64,000 nucleotides of DNA, from positions 64,001-128,000 of the forward strand of contig CAVOVB010000003.1 of assembly GCA_963699755.1 (NCBI GenBank), given 5' to 3'. A program made the position numbers and the translations under genes. The stretch comes from an uncultured delta proteobacterium (lineage in GTDB: Bacteria; Myxococcota_A; Polyangia; Polyangiales; Houyiibacteriaceae). Shown piece after piece: positions 31,067-41,252 of the stretch (within the stretch, counting starts at the first letter, position 1; the number at the start of each line of letters is the position of its first letter). The notes under the pieces were generated by a model. That model saw only the letters and a list, made by a program, of their open reading frames with translations. It had not been told where the DNA came from and ran no database searches.

Positions 31067-32026
31067 ATGCGGGCAGCGATTCTCGACAAGCACGGCACCA
31101 TCGACAGCCTGAGGATCGGCGACATCGAGCCGCCCAAGCTCACGCCGAACACGATTTTGGTTCGCGTGCGCGCTGCCTCGATCAATCCAGCCGACCTCAA
31201 GGTGATCCGTGGCAAGGATGGCGGCGGGTTTCTTCATGCCAAGAATTTCCCAACCGCGATCGGCTTCGATTTCAGTGGGGTCGTCGAGCAGGTCGGCGCG
31301 AGGGCCCAAGGGCGGGAGCTTGGCGACGAGGTGTTTGGACATCTCGCCTATTCTCCCACGACCAAGCAGGGAAGCTTTGCCGAGCTCGTGGCGGTGAAGC
31401 CCGAGAGCGTGGGGCTCAAGCCGCCGAGCGTGAGCCACGAGGAAGCGGCGGCCGCGGCCACGGTTGGCTGCACCGCGCTTCAAGGTCTCCGCGATAGAGG
31501 AGGCTTGAAACCAGGCCAGCGCGTCTTGGTGAACGGCGCCTCGGGCGGTGTCGGGAGCTACGCGGTTCAGATCGCCACGGCACTCGGCGCCGAAGTGGTG
31601 GGGACGGCAAGCGCGGCCAAGGCCAGCTTCGTGCGCAGCCTCGGCGTCGACGAAGTCATCGACTACCGACAAACCCCGCTCTCGTCCTTGAACCGAACCT
31701 TCGACCTATTCCTCGACGCCGCTGCGACGTCTTCGTTTGGAGAGGCGAAACCGCTCCTCAACCGGGGTGGGGCCTACGTCACCCTGCTGCCGTCTGCCTC
31801 CCTCTTCGGAGCGATGCTACTGAGCCTATTCTCGAGCAAACGCTGCAGGTTCGTTACGGTTCAGTCGCGCGCCGCGGACCTCGAGCAACTCGCCGCCTGG
31901 ATGGTCTCGGGCGAGCTAAAGGCATCGGTGGAAGAGACCTTCCCGTTGTCCGACCTGAGCATCGCGCTCTCGGCGCTCGATTCCGGCAGCGTTCGCGGCA
32001 AGCTCGCCCTGCGCATCGACGAGTAG
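31067..32026 (+). CDS. MDR-family NAD(P)-dependent oxidoreductase (quinone reductase-like)
   Basis: AASINPAD, GFDFSG, VLVNGASGGVG. Confidence 0.9.
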   Translation: MRAAILDKHGTIDSLRIGDIEPPKLTPNTILVRVRAASINPADLKVIRGKDGGGFLHAKNFPTAIGFDFSGVVEQVGARAQGRELGDEVFGHLAYSPTTKQGSFAELVAVKPESVGLKPPSVSHEEAAAAATVGCTALQGLRDRGGLKPGQRVLVNGASGGVGSYAVQIATALGAEVVGTASAAKASFVRSLGVDEVIDYRQTPLSSLNRTFDLFLDAAATSSFGEAKPLLNRGGAYVTLLPSASLFGAMLLSLFSSKRCRFVTVQSRAADLEQLAAWMVSGELKASVEETFPLSDLSIALSALDSGSVRGKLALRIDE

Positions 32027-32030
32027 GCCA

Positions 32031-32765
32031 ATGAAGAAGCCCTACGAGCTCTACTACTGGCCTATGCTTCCTGGTCGCGGGGAGTTCGTACGACTCGTGC
32101 TCGAAGAAGCGGGAGCGCCCTATGTGGACGTGGCCCGCCTGCCAGAAGAAGAGGGCGGTGGGCTCGAGCCTCTCTTGCAGCTCGTGCGAGGCGAGCGGCC
32201 CGGTCAGCCTGCCTATGCGCCACCGATTTTGCTGCATGGGGACTTCGTCCTCGCGCAGTCCGCAGCGATCTGCGCGTATCTCGGCGAACGGCACGGCCTG
32301 GCGCCCGACGAGCCCGGCAAGCGGATGCAGGCCCTTCAGCTCCAGCTGACCATCGCCGACGTCAGCGACGAAGCCCACAACACACACCACCCAATCAGCG
32401 CGGCCCTCTACTACGAAGATCAGAAGGACGCGGCACGCGAAGCGTCAAAGAGCTTTGTGGATCAGCGCCTACCGCGCTTTCTTCCCTACTTCGAGCGTGT
32501 GCTCGAACGAAGCGCTGGGGAGTGGCTCATGGGCACTTCGCTCACCTATCCGGACCTGTCCCTCTTTCAACTCGCAGAGGGGCTCGCCTACGCCTTCCCG
32601 AAGGGGTTTGCTCGAGTCGCGGAGTCGACCCCTTTGATCCTCGGCCTTCGAGACCGGGTTGCAACACGCCCTCGAATCGCTGCGTACCTCGCATCCGATC
32701 GCCGCCTCCCTTTCAACGAGCACGGCGTATTCCGGCACTATCCAGAGCTCGACCTCCGCGACTGA
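32031..32765 (+). CDS. Glutathione S-transferase
   Basis: YELYYW...GRGEFVRL, AQSAAI, TYPDLSLF. Confidence 0.9.
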   Translation: MKKPYELYYWPMLPGRGEFVRLVLEEAGAPYVDVARLPEEEGGGLEPLLQLVRGERPGQPAYAPPILLHGDFVLAQSAAICAYLGERHGLAPDEPGKRMQALQLQLTIADVSDEAHNTHHPISAALYYEDQKDAAREASKSFVDQRLPRFLPYFERVLERSAGEWLMGTSLTYPDLSLFQLAEGLAYAFPKGFARVAESTPLILGLRDRVATRPRIAAYLASDRRLPFNEHGVFRHYPELDLRD

Positions 32766-32808
32766 TGGGACCCGCCATGGAACGACTACGACGGTGGCGA
32801 CGCTGGCT

Positions 32809-34944
32809 CTACGCTTCCTGCATGGCGGCCTTGACCCGATTGGGGGTCATGGGCATGCGCTTGAGTCGGGCGCCGGTCGCGTCGTGGATTGCGTTGGCGA
32901 CGACGGCGCCCATGACCACGATTGCCGGTTCTCCGCCGCCCTGCGGCGCAATGTCGTTGGCCTCGACGAGGAGGGTCTCGATTTTCGGTAGCCCGGAGAA
33001 ACGCGGAATCTCGTAGCGGTGAAAGTTCGTGTCGAGGATCTGCCCTCCGCGGAAATGAACCTCCTCGGAGAGCGCATAACCAAGTCCCATCGTGACGCAG
33101 CCTTCCATTTGGATGGTGGCGCCTTGAGGGTTGACCACGATGCCCATCTCCTGCGCGCTCAGCACACGCTTGACTTCGACTTCTCCGCTGCGCGCGTCGA
33201 CGAGGACCTCGGCGATGGCGGCCACGTAGGTTCCGGCGTCGATCCCGCAGGCCACGCCCAGACCACGCTTGCTCGGCGTCGCGGTGGGCTTCCAAGCGAA
33301 GCGTTTGGCGGCAGCCTTCAATACGCGGATCATTCGCGGATCTTTGAGGTGCTTGAGGCGGAACTCGATCGGGTCTGCGTTGGCCGCCGCGGCCATGGCG
33401 TCGATCTGTGATTCGCGCGCGAAGGTGTTGCTGTTGTTGCCGGGTGCGCGCCAGGCGCCCGTGGCAAAGGGATGCATTCCCGGACCGCCTCTCCAGCCCC
33501 GCGGTCGGACGGTCGTCCGATGATTCGGGATTTCGTAGAATTGCTCCGCGCCTCGTTCTCCGGCGAAGAGCACTTCGTAGTCCCAGAACGTCATCCGGCC
33601 CGACTTGTCGATGCCCGAGCGGACGTCGATGACCGCGGCGGGTCGGAAGGTGTCGTAGAAGAATTCTTCCTCGCGGCTGCGCATCACCTGCACCGGCCGG
33701 CCGACAGCCTGGGCAAGGCGCGCGGCCTCGACCGCCTGCGTGTTGCTCGTCTTGCCACCAAAACCACCACCGACGAACGGTGTGATGACGCGCACTTGTT
33801 CGGGCGATAGATCGATCGCCTGCGCGATCTTGTCACGCGCCCCGAACGGATTCTGCGTGGACGCCCACACCGTGCACTTGCCCCGTTCGATGTGCGCGAG
33901 GGCCGCGTGCGTCTCCATCGGTGCGTGCGCGACGTAGCCATCGAAGAATCTGGTTTCGATCGTGCGCGTCGCAAGCTTGCGTCCTCGTTCGAGATTGCCC
34001 GTTTTGGCTACGACATCTCCTCTGGGAGCGACGCGTATGAGATGCTCGTGGATGGTTTCATCGGTCACGGTCACCGAGGGCAGGTCGAACTTCGCGTTGA
34101 TCCGCCCGAGCGCCTCTTCGGCCAGGTCCGGCAGCTCGTGGAGCACCGCGATGAAGTCGCCGTTCTCGACCAGGTGCACACCATCCATCTTGCGGGCGCC
34201 CGAAGTGTCGACCTTCTTCAACCTGGCTCCGTGTGCGGGCGGTCGAAGAATCTTCGCGTAGAGCATGCTTGGTAAGCGGATGTCAGCAGCGTACTTGGCC
34301 TTGCCGGTTACCTTCTCGAGCGAGTCGCGGCGCAGCTTTGGCTGCCCCATGACGCGAAACTGGGAAACGTCCTTGAGCTCAGGCTTCACGGTCAGGTGTC
34401 GCGCGATCGGTTTACCCTTGGCGAGCTCGCCGTATGTGATGCGCTTTCTCTCGTTTTGTCGGTCGAAGATCACGCCATCTTTGGCTTCCAGTCGCGGGAC
34501 CGGAACGCTGAGCGCTGCAGATGCGAGCTCCAGGAGCACGCCGCGCGCCTCGGCAGCCGCCGCCCGCAGCACCGGGCCAAACGCCCGCGTGGTCAACGAA
34601 CCCCACGTCCCCATGTCCCAGGGGCAAAGATCCGTGTCGCCCATGAGCATGTCCACCATCTCATACGGTACATCGATCTCGTCGGCCATCATCTGGGCGA
34701 GCGAGGTGATCGGCCCCTGTCCCATCTCGATCTTGCCCGTCAAACACTGGACGCGCCCATCTTCTGAGATCTTCACGAACGCGTTGAAGTCGTTTGGCAC
34801 AGCGCTCGATTGCGCCTGGGCTCGATCGAGCAACTCGAGCGATCCACCAAACGTGACGAAGATCGTGATGCCGCCGCCGAAGCGCTTCAGAAACTCGCGT
34901 CGCGACTGCTGGAAGTCCGAGGTTTGCGCGTCGTTCGAGCTCAT
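32809..34944 (-). CDS. Xanthine dehydrogenase-family molybdopterin subunit (isoquinoline oxidoreductase beta-like)
   Basis: SRREFLK Tat-like motif, EMGQG, HAPMET, GGGFGGK, WRAPG, GGGEP; ATGA overlap with the 2Fe-2S gene. Confidence 0.9.
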   Translation of the reverse strand: MSSNDAQTSDFQQSRREFLKRFGGGITIFVTFGGSLELLDRAQAQSSAVPNDFNAFVKISEDGRVQCLTGKIEMGQGPITSLAQMMADEIDVPYEMVDMLMGDTDLCPWDMGTWGSLTTRAFGPVLRAAAAEARGVLLELASAALSVPVPRLEAKDGVIFDRQNERKRITYGELAKGKPIARHLTVKPELKDVSQFRVMGQPKLRRDSLEKVTGKAKYAADIRLPSMLYAKILRPPAHGARLKKVDTSGARKMDGVHLVENGDFIAVLHELPDLAEEALGRINAKFDLPSVTVTDETIHEHLIRVAPRGDVVAKTGNLERGRKLATRTIETRFFDGYVAHAPMETHAALAHIERGKCTVWASTQNPFGARDKIAQAIDLSPEQVRVITPFVGGGFGGKTSNTQAVEAARLAQAVGRPVQVMRSREEEFFYDTFRPAAVIDVRSGIDKSGRMTFWDYEVLFAGERGAEQFYEIPNHRTTVRPRGWRGGPGMHPFATGAWRAPGNNSNTFARESQIDAMAAAANADPIEFRLKHLKDPRMIRVLKAAAKRFAWKPTATPSKRGLGVACGIDAGTYVAAIAEVLVDARSGEVEVKRVLSAQEMGIVVNPQGATIQMEGCVTMGLGYALSEEVHFRGGQILDTNFHRYEIPRFSGLPKIETLLVEANDIAPQGGGEPAIVVMGAVVANAIHDATGARLKRMPMTPNRVKAAMQEA

Positions 34945-35426
34945 GTCGTGGATTTCCCGTTCCGCAGCTCGGCTGCGGCAGACTCGATCGCGTCGATGAT
35001 GCGCGTCTGCGCCCCACAGCGACAGAGGTTCCGGTCCATGTCTTTGACGATGTCCGCGCGCGAGGGCTCGCGGTTCGACCGCAGCAAGCCATAAGCTGTT
35101 AGAATCATGCCCGGCGTGCAGAACCCGCACTGAAGCGCGTCGTGTTCGATGAACGCCTTCTGAAGCGGGTGAAGCTCACCGCCTTTGGCCAAGCCCTCGA
35201 TCGTGACGACCTTCTTGCCTCGAACACTGCGAACCTGCGCCATGCACGAGCGAACCGGGCTGTCGTCGACGAGGACCACACAGGCCCCACAGGAGCCGCG
35301 TCCGCAACCGTACTTCGGCCCGGTCTGCCCGAGCTCGGTCCGAAGCACCCACAGGAGCCTACGGGTCTCGTCTGCCTCGAGGCGGACGCGCTCGCCGTTG
35401 AGCTCAAAGGAAATCGTGGCGGCCAT
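34941..35426 (-). CDS. (2Fe-2S)-binding small subunit
   Basis: KYGCGRGSCGAC, QCGFCTPG, NLCRCG. Confidence 0.95.
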   Translation of the reverse strand: MAATISFELNGERVRLEADETRRLLWVLRTELGQTGPKYGCGRGSCGACVVLVDDSPVRSCMAQVRSVRGKKVVTIEGLAKGGELHPLQKAFIEHDALQCGFCTPGMILTAYGLLRSNREPSRADIVKDMDRNLCRCGAQTRIIDAIESAAAELRNGKSTT

Positions 35427-35494
35427 GGTATCCTCCCGCTTTGTTGGCTTGGCCGAGGAACTCAGCGAGTGTAGCGCAGGCAGGGGAGGGAGCG

Positions 35495-35920
35495 ATGCGA
35501 ATCATCGTCATCACGATTGGGGTGCTTGGGCTCATCGCTGTGGGCTGCACCAAGAAAGAACAGCCGAGTGCCGGAGGCACCGATGAGGGGATCGCTGCGA
35601 GCAAGGCCTGGCTCGCGCTCGTCGACGCCGAGCAGTACGAAGACAGTTGGGAGCAGGCCTGCGCCTTCTTTCGGGGCGTGGTGCCCAAAGACCAGTGGGT
35701 GACACAGGTCGCCGGTGTTCGTGCTCCGCTGGGCGCAGTCTCGAGTCGTGAGGTCGCCTCGGCCGAGTACACCACGAAGCTTCCCGGTGCACCGGACGGC
35801 GAGTATGTCGTCATTCAGTACCGGACGAAGTTCCAAAACAAGGCCGATGCCGTCGAAACCGTCACGCCCATGCGGGACAAGGATGGCGTCTATCGCGTGT
35901 CGGGGTACTACATTCGCTGA
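35495..35920 (+). CDS. DUF4019 family lipoprotein
   Basis: Lipobox AVGC; WLALVD, LPGAPDGEYVVIQY, VSGYYIR. Confidence 0.85.
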   Translation: MRIIVITIGVLGLIAVGCTKKEQPSAGGTDEGIAASKAWLALVDAEQYEDSWEQACAFFRGVVPKDQWVTQVAGVRAPLGAVSSREVASAEYTTKLPGAPDGEYVVIQYRTKFQNKADAVETVTPMRDKDGVYRVSGYYIR

Positions 35921-36021
35921 GGCCTCGGCCAGCGTTTTCAGAGACGAAGGCAGCAGCCGACTCCAGCGCCCGCGTCGAACATGACTCATACATTCGCAGG
36001 CGATCAGGTATTGTACAGGTC

Positions 36022-37098
36022 ATGGCCCACAGCCCAAGCGACGAAGGCGCCCCAACCGACCTTCTCCAGCAGATGTTGGAGGACGCAAGGCGGGAGCATG
36101 CAAAGGAGATTCATGGGGAGCCGGTGGGGCCAGCGCCTGCGCTCCTCGATCTTCGCGTCGCAGCGGCAGAGCGACCGAGCCAGAGAGAAGTTCTGCTCGC
36201 AGAAATAGACCAGAAGATTTCTATGCTGGTCGACGAAGTCCTCCAAGATCCAACGGTTCAAAGGCTCGCGGAAGTCTGGACGGCGCTTTGGTACTTGGTG
36301 GAGCATGTCGACCTCGAAGAGAACCTGCGCGTCGCGTTCATCAACTGCTCGAAGGACGATCTCGCTAGCGACTTCGAAGACGCGATCGACGTGACCGTCT
36401 CGGGGCTCTACCGGCAGCTATGCGACCCCGGGCATCAACCGTCGGATGGTGCGCCGGTGAGCCTGATCGTCGCGGACTACGATTTCGACCACCACCAGCA
36501 GGACGTGGAGCTGCTTCGCCACTGCGCCGCGGTCGCTGCAGACGCGCATGCGCCCTTCCTCGCCAACGCATCGCCAGGGTTCATCGCTACTGAGGGCCCA
36601 CGCTATGCGGCATGGGATTCGTTCTGCGATTCAGAGGACGCCCGCTACGTCGCGTTGTGTTCCCCTGTCAATGAGAGCGCTGGAGTGCGAGCCTCCCATG
36701 ACTTCGCTGTCCAAATTGCAGAAACCTTCGCGAATCACCGTTGGTTCGACGAGTTGAGCGATTCCGTCGGATCGGCGCAACGTCCGAGACGCTTCGCCGA
36801 CACGCCAGAAGGGAATGCGATGGCGCTCGACTCTCTTGCCGGCGCCCGACTTTCGAACGTCTTGAACATTTCGCGCATTGCACATTTCATCGAGGCTCTC
36901 GGTCGAGAGCTTGGCGTGGAGCAGAGCGCAAGCTCGCTCGAGCGCGCCTTGCAGCAGTGGCTTAGGGACCAAGTCCCCGGCGCGCGCGTCAGCGTCTCTC
37001 AGGGCGACTACTATCGCTATGAGCTCGAGCTCCACCCGAGCAGCGCAGAGCCAGGGGTCACCGTTCGCGTCGCGGGCAGCCTCGGCGAGAGCGAGTGA
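36022..37098 (+). CDS. tssC: Shortened TssC/VipB-like sheath protein
   Basis: EIDQKIS..VDEVL, SKDDL.SDFEDA, SGLY, AAVAADAHAPF, SEDARYVAL, SRIAHFI; only 358 aa. Confidence 0.7.
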   Translation: MAHSPSDEGAPTDLLQQMLEDARREHAKEIHGEPVGPAPALLDLRVAAAERPSQREVLLAEIDQKISMLVDEVLQDPTVQRLAEVWTALWYLVEHVDLEENLRVAFINCSKDDLASDFEDAIDVTVSGLYRQLCDPGHQPSDGAPVSLIVADYDFDHHQQDVELLRHCAAVAADAHAPFLANASPGFIATEGPRYAAWDSFCDSEDARYVALCSPVNESAGVRASHDFAVQIAETFANHRWFDELSDSVGSAQRPRRFADTPEGNAMALDSLAGARLSNVLNISRIAHFIEALGRELGVEQSASSLERALQQWLRDQVPGARVSVSQGDYYRYELELHPSSAEPGVTVRVAGSLGESE

Positions 37099-37132
37099 GG
37101 CGCAGCGCACTCGCCTCTTGGGCGCAGGGGCT

Positions 37133-39088
37133 TCACTCGGAGTCCAGGTCGAACTCGACCGCCTTCCGTTGCCCAGCCTTGAGCCGGACGACTTTGGTCT
37201 CGCTTGGGCCGGCTTGCCCAACGCTGATCTTGTAAGTGCCAGGTGGCATCGGTTCGCCCTTCAAAGGCGCGGGGCCCCATGGTTGCCCATTGATCCAAAT
37301 GTTGCCCCAAGGGAACACCGAGATCGTCAACCGAGCAGGCTTCGTTGCCGCGGGCTCGGGCTTGGGTCGGGCAGATCTTGGTTTCGCGGGCGCAGGGGGT
37401 TCTTTCGCTTCGTCCGCGGGCCGCGTCGTCGTCGTCACAGTCGGCGTCGGTTCCGCCCTCGGTTCCGGCGCCACCGGTTCAGTGCGTGGCTTCTCGGCCA
37501 CGTCCTCGCGCGCAGCCGGCGGATCTGCCTTCGCTTTCGGTTCGGGCGCGACCGCAATCGGTGGGGCCTCTGCCGCGGGCTCCTCACCTCGGGTCTCCGC
37601 TTGGCGAGCGCTGTCGGGTTCAGTTTGGCGCGCCCCTTGTTTAGCAGGATCGGAAGCTTCGCCAGACGGCCAGAACACCACGGCGGCCGATGCGACGAGC
37701 CCAAGGCCCAGGATCGACGCAGCCAGGGCGAGCCAGAGCTTGCGCCGCGGCCGAGTGCGCTCTCTCTTTTCGCCCGTGGGTCGCCTCTCATCGCGCAAGG
37801 TCGTGAGTGAATCGTCGAGCGACCGCGCATCGGCGGCCGCCGCGCCGATTCGTTGGTCGCCCCCTCTCGGCGGCCGTACGAGGTTCAAGGGCTCACTCGT
37901 GGGTTCATGCGAGGGCTCGCGGACGGGCTCACTCATAGGTTCACGGAGTAGTTGTGCAGGCGACTCAGGGGCTGAACGCGGCTCGTCCTTCCCCACCGTG
38001 CTCGACGCCCATGGTTCCACACCGCTCGCCGGCTCCGTTGGAGCAACCGCGACGGCGCCGCCGTCCGTATCGGCGTCGGGCAAGACCTCGGTTTTGGCGC
38101 TGATGCGCCCAGAGCCCTTCTTCGACCTCTTCTGCTTGGCCTCCTCGGCCAGTTGCCGCACCAACTGCCCGAGGTTCTGTCGGACGCGAGGTGATGGGGC
38201 GAACTCATCGAGTGCTTCGATGAGAGCCGCTGCGGTCGCAGGCCGCTTTTCTTTGTCCGGGTTGATCAACTGCTCGATCACGTCGCATAGGCCTGGTGGA
38301 GCGTCTGGCGCCAGCGACCGAAGCGACGGGTGCTCGCCCTTCAAGATCAGCATGATCGTGGCCGGGTCGTGCGGGCCCTCGTACGGGCGCCTTCCAGCAA
38401 GAGCCTCGAAGAGAACGACCCCCAGCGCAAAAAGATCGGCGCGGCCATCCGGGGATTCAGCCCGGAGCTGCTCGGGGGACATGTAGGGGATCTTGCCTTT
38501 GACGGCGCTCTGTTTGCGAGAGGTGTCGGAGATGGCTTTCGCAACACCAAAGTCGGTGAGCAGGATTTCCCCCTGTCGGCTGACCAGTACGTTCGAAGGC
38601 GAGATGTCCCTGTGCACGATGCCCTGCACGTCGTCTCCCGTCGTGTCGATGCCGGCCGTCGACGGCGGGTTGTGTGCGTGCTGGAGCGCTTCTGCGAGCT
38701 CGAGCCCGAACAGCGCGACGTACTCAGCGGGAAGCTTCTGCCCCTCCTGTCCATCGAGGATGCCCCGCAGGTCGAGGCCGTCGACGAGCTCGAGCGCCAT
38801 GTACGGGGTGCCTTCGATCTCTCCGAAGTCCATCACGCCCACGATGTTGCGGTGCCGTAGCTTCGCGGCGAGCGTCGCCTCGCGATAGAACAGACGAATG
38901 AAGTCCTCGTCGTCCCGAAAGAAGGGCAACACCAGCTTGAGGCATACCCGCTGCGAGAATCCTCCCGGCCCACTCTTCACGGCGACAAACGTCTCTGCCA
39001 TGCCGCCCACGCCAAGCCGCCGGACGAGCTTATACGGACCGAACTCCGCGCCCAGGACGTCACTCAGCGATGTTTCAGAGCGTCTCAC
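37133..39088 (-). CDS. Membrane Ser/Thr protein kinase with C-terminal PEGA-like domain
   Basis: LGVGGMAE, HRDISPSN, TDFG, YMSPEQ; TM helix; Pro-rich linker. Confidence 0.95.
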   Translation of the reverse strand: MRRSETSLSDVLGAEFGPYKLVRRLGVGGMAETFVAVKSGPGGFSQRVCLKLVLPFFRDDEDFIRLFYREATLAAKLRHRNIVGVMDFGEIEGTPYMALELVDGLDLRGILDGQEGQKLPAEYVALFGLELAEALQHAHNPPSTAGIDTTGDDVQGIVHRDISPSNVLVSRQGEILLTDFGVAKAISDTSRKQSAVKGKIPYMSPEQLRAESPDGRADLFALGVVLFEALAGRRPYEGPHDPATIMLILKGEHPSLRSLAPDAPPGLCDVIEQLINPDKEKRPATAAALIEALDEFAPSPRVRQNLGQLVRQLAEEAKQKRSKKGSGRISAKTEVLPDADTDGGAVAVAPTEPASGVEPWASSTVGKDEPRSAPESPAQLLREPMSEPVREPSHEPTSEPLNLVRPPRGGDQRIGAAAADARSLDDSLTTLRDERRPTGEKRERTRPRRKLWLALAASILGLGLVASAAVVFWPSGEASDPAKQGARQTEPDSARQAETRGEEPAAEAPPIAVAPEPKAKADPPAAREDVAEKPRTEPVAPEPRAEPTPTVTTTTRPADEAKEPPAPAKPRSARPKPEPAATKPARLTISVFPWGNIWINGQPWGPAPLKGEPMPPGTYKISVGQAGPSETKVVRLKAGQRKAVEFDLDSE

Positions 39089-39208
39089 GTAGCTTCATCG
39101 CGCCGCGGCACCGATCAGGCGCAAATCGGACCCTGTCAGGGGCACCGCATTCTACGTTACGGGGGTGATTTTGAACAGTGAAGCCGCGCTGATCGCGCCT
39201 GGGGCACC

Positions 39209-40957
39209 TTAGAATGCGCCTCCCACACTGATATAGCCCCCGTTTCGCCCGGCGACGAGGTTCGGTGTGAGGCCCCTCACATGCTTCTTCTCGTCCTTTC
39301 GGAAGAGGTACACCAAGGGCATGGTCAAGAGGGGCGCGGCAGTCGTCCCCAACATGACGGCCCGGTTGATCGACCGGCCGCGGTCCACGCAGGCTTGGGC
39401 GCTGGCCTGATTGACCAGCAACTCGCATTTGTTGGAACCGCCCGGCACACCTTCCGCCCGCACTCCCGACACGATCGCGCCGACCGCCGCGCCAACACCA
39501 AGCCCTCCGGAAAGCCAGGCCCACCAAGGCGTCTTGCTTCGATAGGGGAGGACGAGGGGCATGGCCGTGACCGTCAGTACGCCGCCCACGGTGCCCATGA
39601 GCGGGATGGCGTTTCCGAGGTTGGTCCACTTGAGCTGGTCCGTCTGATCGTTTGGATTGAAGTCAGCAACCAAGGTGTCCCCCGCACCTCGCCTGGCGAT
39701 CAGCAAGCCGTAGCCCGCCAAGAGGCTAGCGCCACCCGCCGAAACGAGCGTGAGCCCGGAAATCCACTGGCCCCGAGGCGGCCGGTCGGCAGGCCAGCCC
39801 GACGGAGTGTCCTTTTCTTTCGTGACCTTTGGTGCCGCTCGAGCCTCGGCTCGCGCTGTCTCGCAGTCGATGGCAACGGGCTTGGGTCCGGTGAAGTCCG
39901 TGCATTCTCCGTTTGCAAGCGCCACCGCCGCAGCGGATGCGACCGATGACGTCGGACCACTTGGCGTCGTCGGAATCCGAACGCGGCCCCTCCTTCGTTC
40001 GGTTCCGCTGACGACCTGGAGCTCCATCATGTCGGTGCTTGGAACGGTGGCAAGCACGACCGCGCCGGCTCGGAGCACCTTTGCGATTTCTTGTGCATCC
40101 CGGGCCTGGCGCTCGGGCCCGGGCTTGTCGTCGTACTGCAAACGAAGAAGTGGCTCGGTGCGCACGACCCGGTCGAACTGAACGTCGACGAAGACCTCGG
40201 TCTTGCCGGATCGGACGCTCACCGGGTGGACGCGTCCGCGGCGTCCGGGATCACACTCCACCTGGACTTGATATTCGCCCGGGTAGAGGTCGCTCATTTC
40301 AAAGGGCGTCTTACCGAAGCGCAGCCCGTTGATACGCACATCGCAGTCCGTCGGGTCACTGCTGACGACCAGCGCGCCCGTCTGTTCTGGACCAGGCTGA
40401 CTTGCTTCTTTGTAGAGCGAGACAACGTTGGGTGGGTGCATGTGCTGGCTCGGCTCGCCCTGTGGCACGAGCCGGACGCATTCCTCGACCTGTGCCTTCG
40501 CCCGCGCACGATTCCCCGTCTCGAGAAGAGCTCGCACCATGTAGAGGCAGGTGTCGAGCACGTTTTGCGATCGGTTCTGGACGCGATTGAGCTCGTCGGC
40601 GGCCTTGCGAGAGAGCACCTGTGCCTCCTTGAGCTCTTTGAGGGCGGTCGCGTAATCACCCCTCGCAAGATGTCGTATCGCCTCGCGCGAACGGTTCACC
40701 CACTCCTGCACGTCCGAGTCGGTCACCCGCGTCGAGGGGGCAGAGCCCCTTTGCTCGAAGGCCGTCGCTGCCTGCTCGGGTGGCAACATTTGGATGCCCC
40801 GTCGCGACAAGGCATCCCCCAGGATGCCTACCGTCGGCTCCATCCACGAAGCATCTTCGGCGGCGGAGGACGGTACGACCACCCAGTCGGCAGACTGGGC
40901 AAGCGCCGTCGGCGTGTAGCCAAGCACGAGGGCAATGAGAGCCGCAATGAATCGCAT
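39209..40957 (-). CDS. PEGA-domain membrane protein
   Basis: Signal peptide MRFIAALIAL; LVVSSDP..CDVRING..FGKTP; C-terminal TM segments. Confidence 0.8.
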   Translation of the reverse strand: MRFIAALIALVLGYTPTALAQSADWVVVPSSAAEDASWMEPTVGILGDALSRRGIQMLPPEQAATAFEQRGSAPSTRVTDSDVQEWVNRSREAIRHLARGDYATALKELKEAQVLSRKAADELNRVQNRSQNVLDTCLYMVRALLETGNRARAKAQVEECVRLVPQGEPSQHMHPPNVVSLYKEASQPGPEQTGALVVSSDPTDCDVRINGLRFGKTPFEMSDLYPGEYQVQVECDPGRRGRVHPVSVRSGKTEVFVDVQFDRVVRTEPLLRLQYDDKPGPERQARDAQEIAKVLRAGAVVLATVPSTDMMELQVVSGTERRRGRVRIPTTPSGPTSSVASAAAVALANGECTDFTGPKPVAIDCETARAEARAAPKVTKEKDTPSGWPADRPPRGQWISGLTLVSAGGASLLAGYGLLIARRGAGDTLVADFNPNDQTDQLKWTNLGNAIPLMGTVGGVLTVTAMPLVLPYRSKTPWWAWLSGGLGVGAAVGAIVSGVRAEGVPGGSNKCELLVNQASAQACVDRGRSINRAVMLGTTAAPLLTMPLVYLFRKDEKKHVRGLTPNLVAGRNGGYISVGGAF

Positions 40958-41023
40958 GGGGCGTACTATCTTTGTTTTGGGAGTCTGTTGCAACACCGTA
41001 TGAGGCATAGTCTCGTCTGTGAA

Positions 41024-41040
41024 AGCACGAGCTGTGCCAA
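41024..41040 (-). promoter_or_regulatory. Putative sigma54 promoter
   Basis: Minus strand TTGGCACAGCTCGTGCT, GG-N10-GC. Confidence 0.6.
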
Positions 41041-41252
41041 GCGAAAACCTCCGGTATTTCGGCAAAGGCCAGCACCGACAGCCTGTCGATGACGACCTTC
41101 GTCGTCATGCATTTCAGCTGCGAGGGCGGTCGGTGCAGCTGTCTTTGTTCCAAAGGTTCGTGCCCGCACCAAGCGCATCTTCCCCCACTCTTGACTTGCA
41201 TCGGATCTTGTGGGCGAAATCCACAGATACCTGCGCCCGGGAGTAGCGCCGC

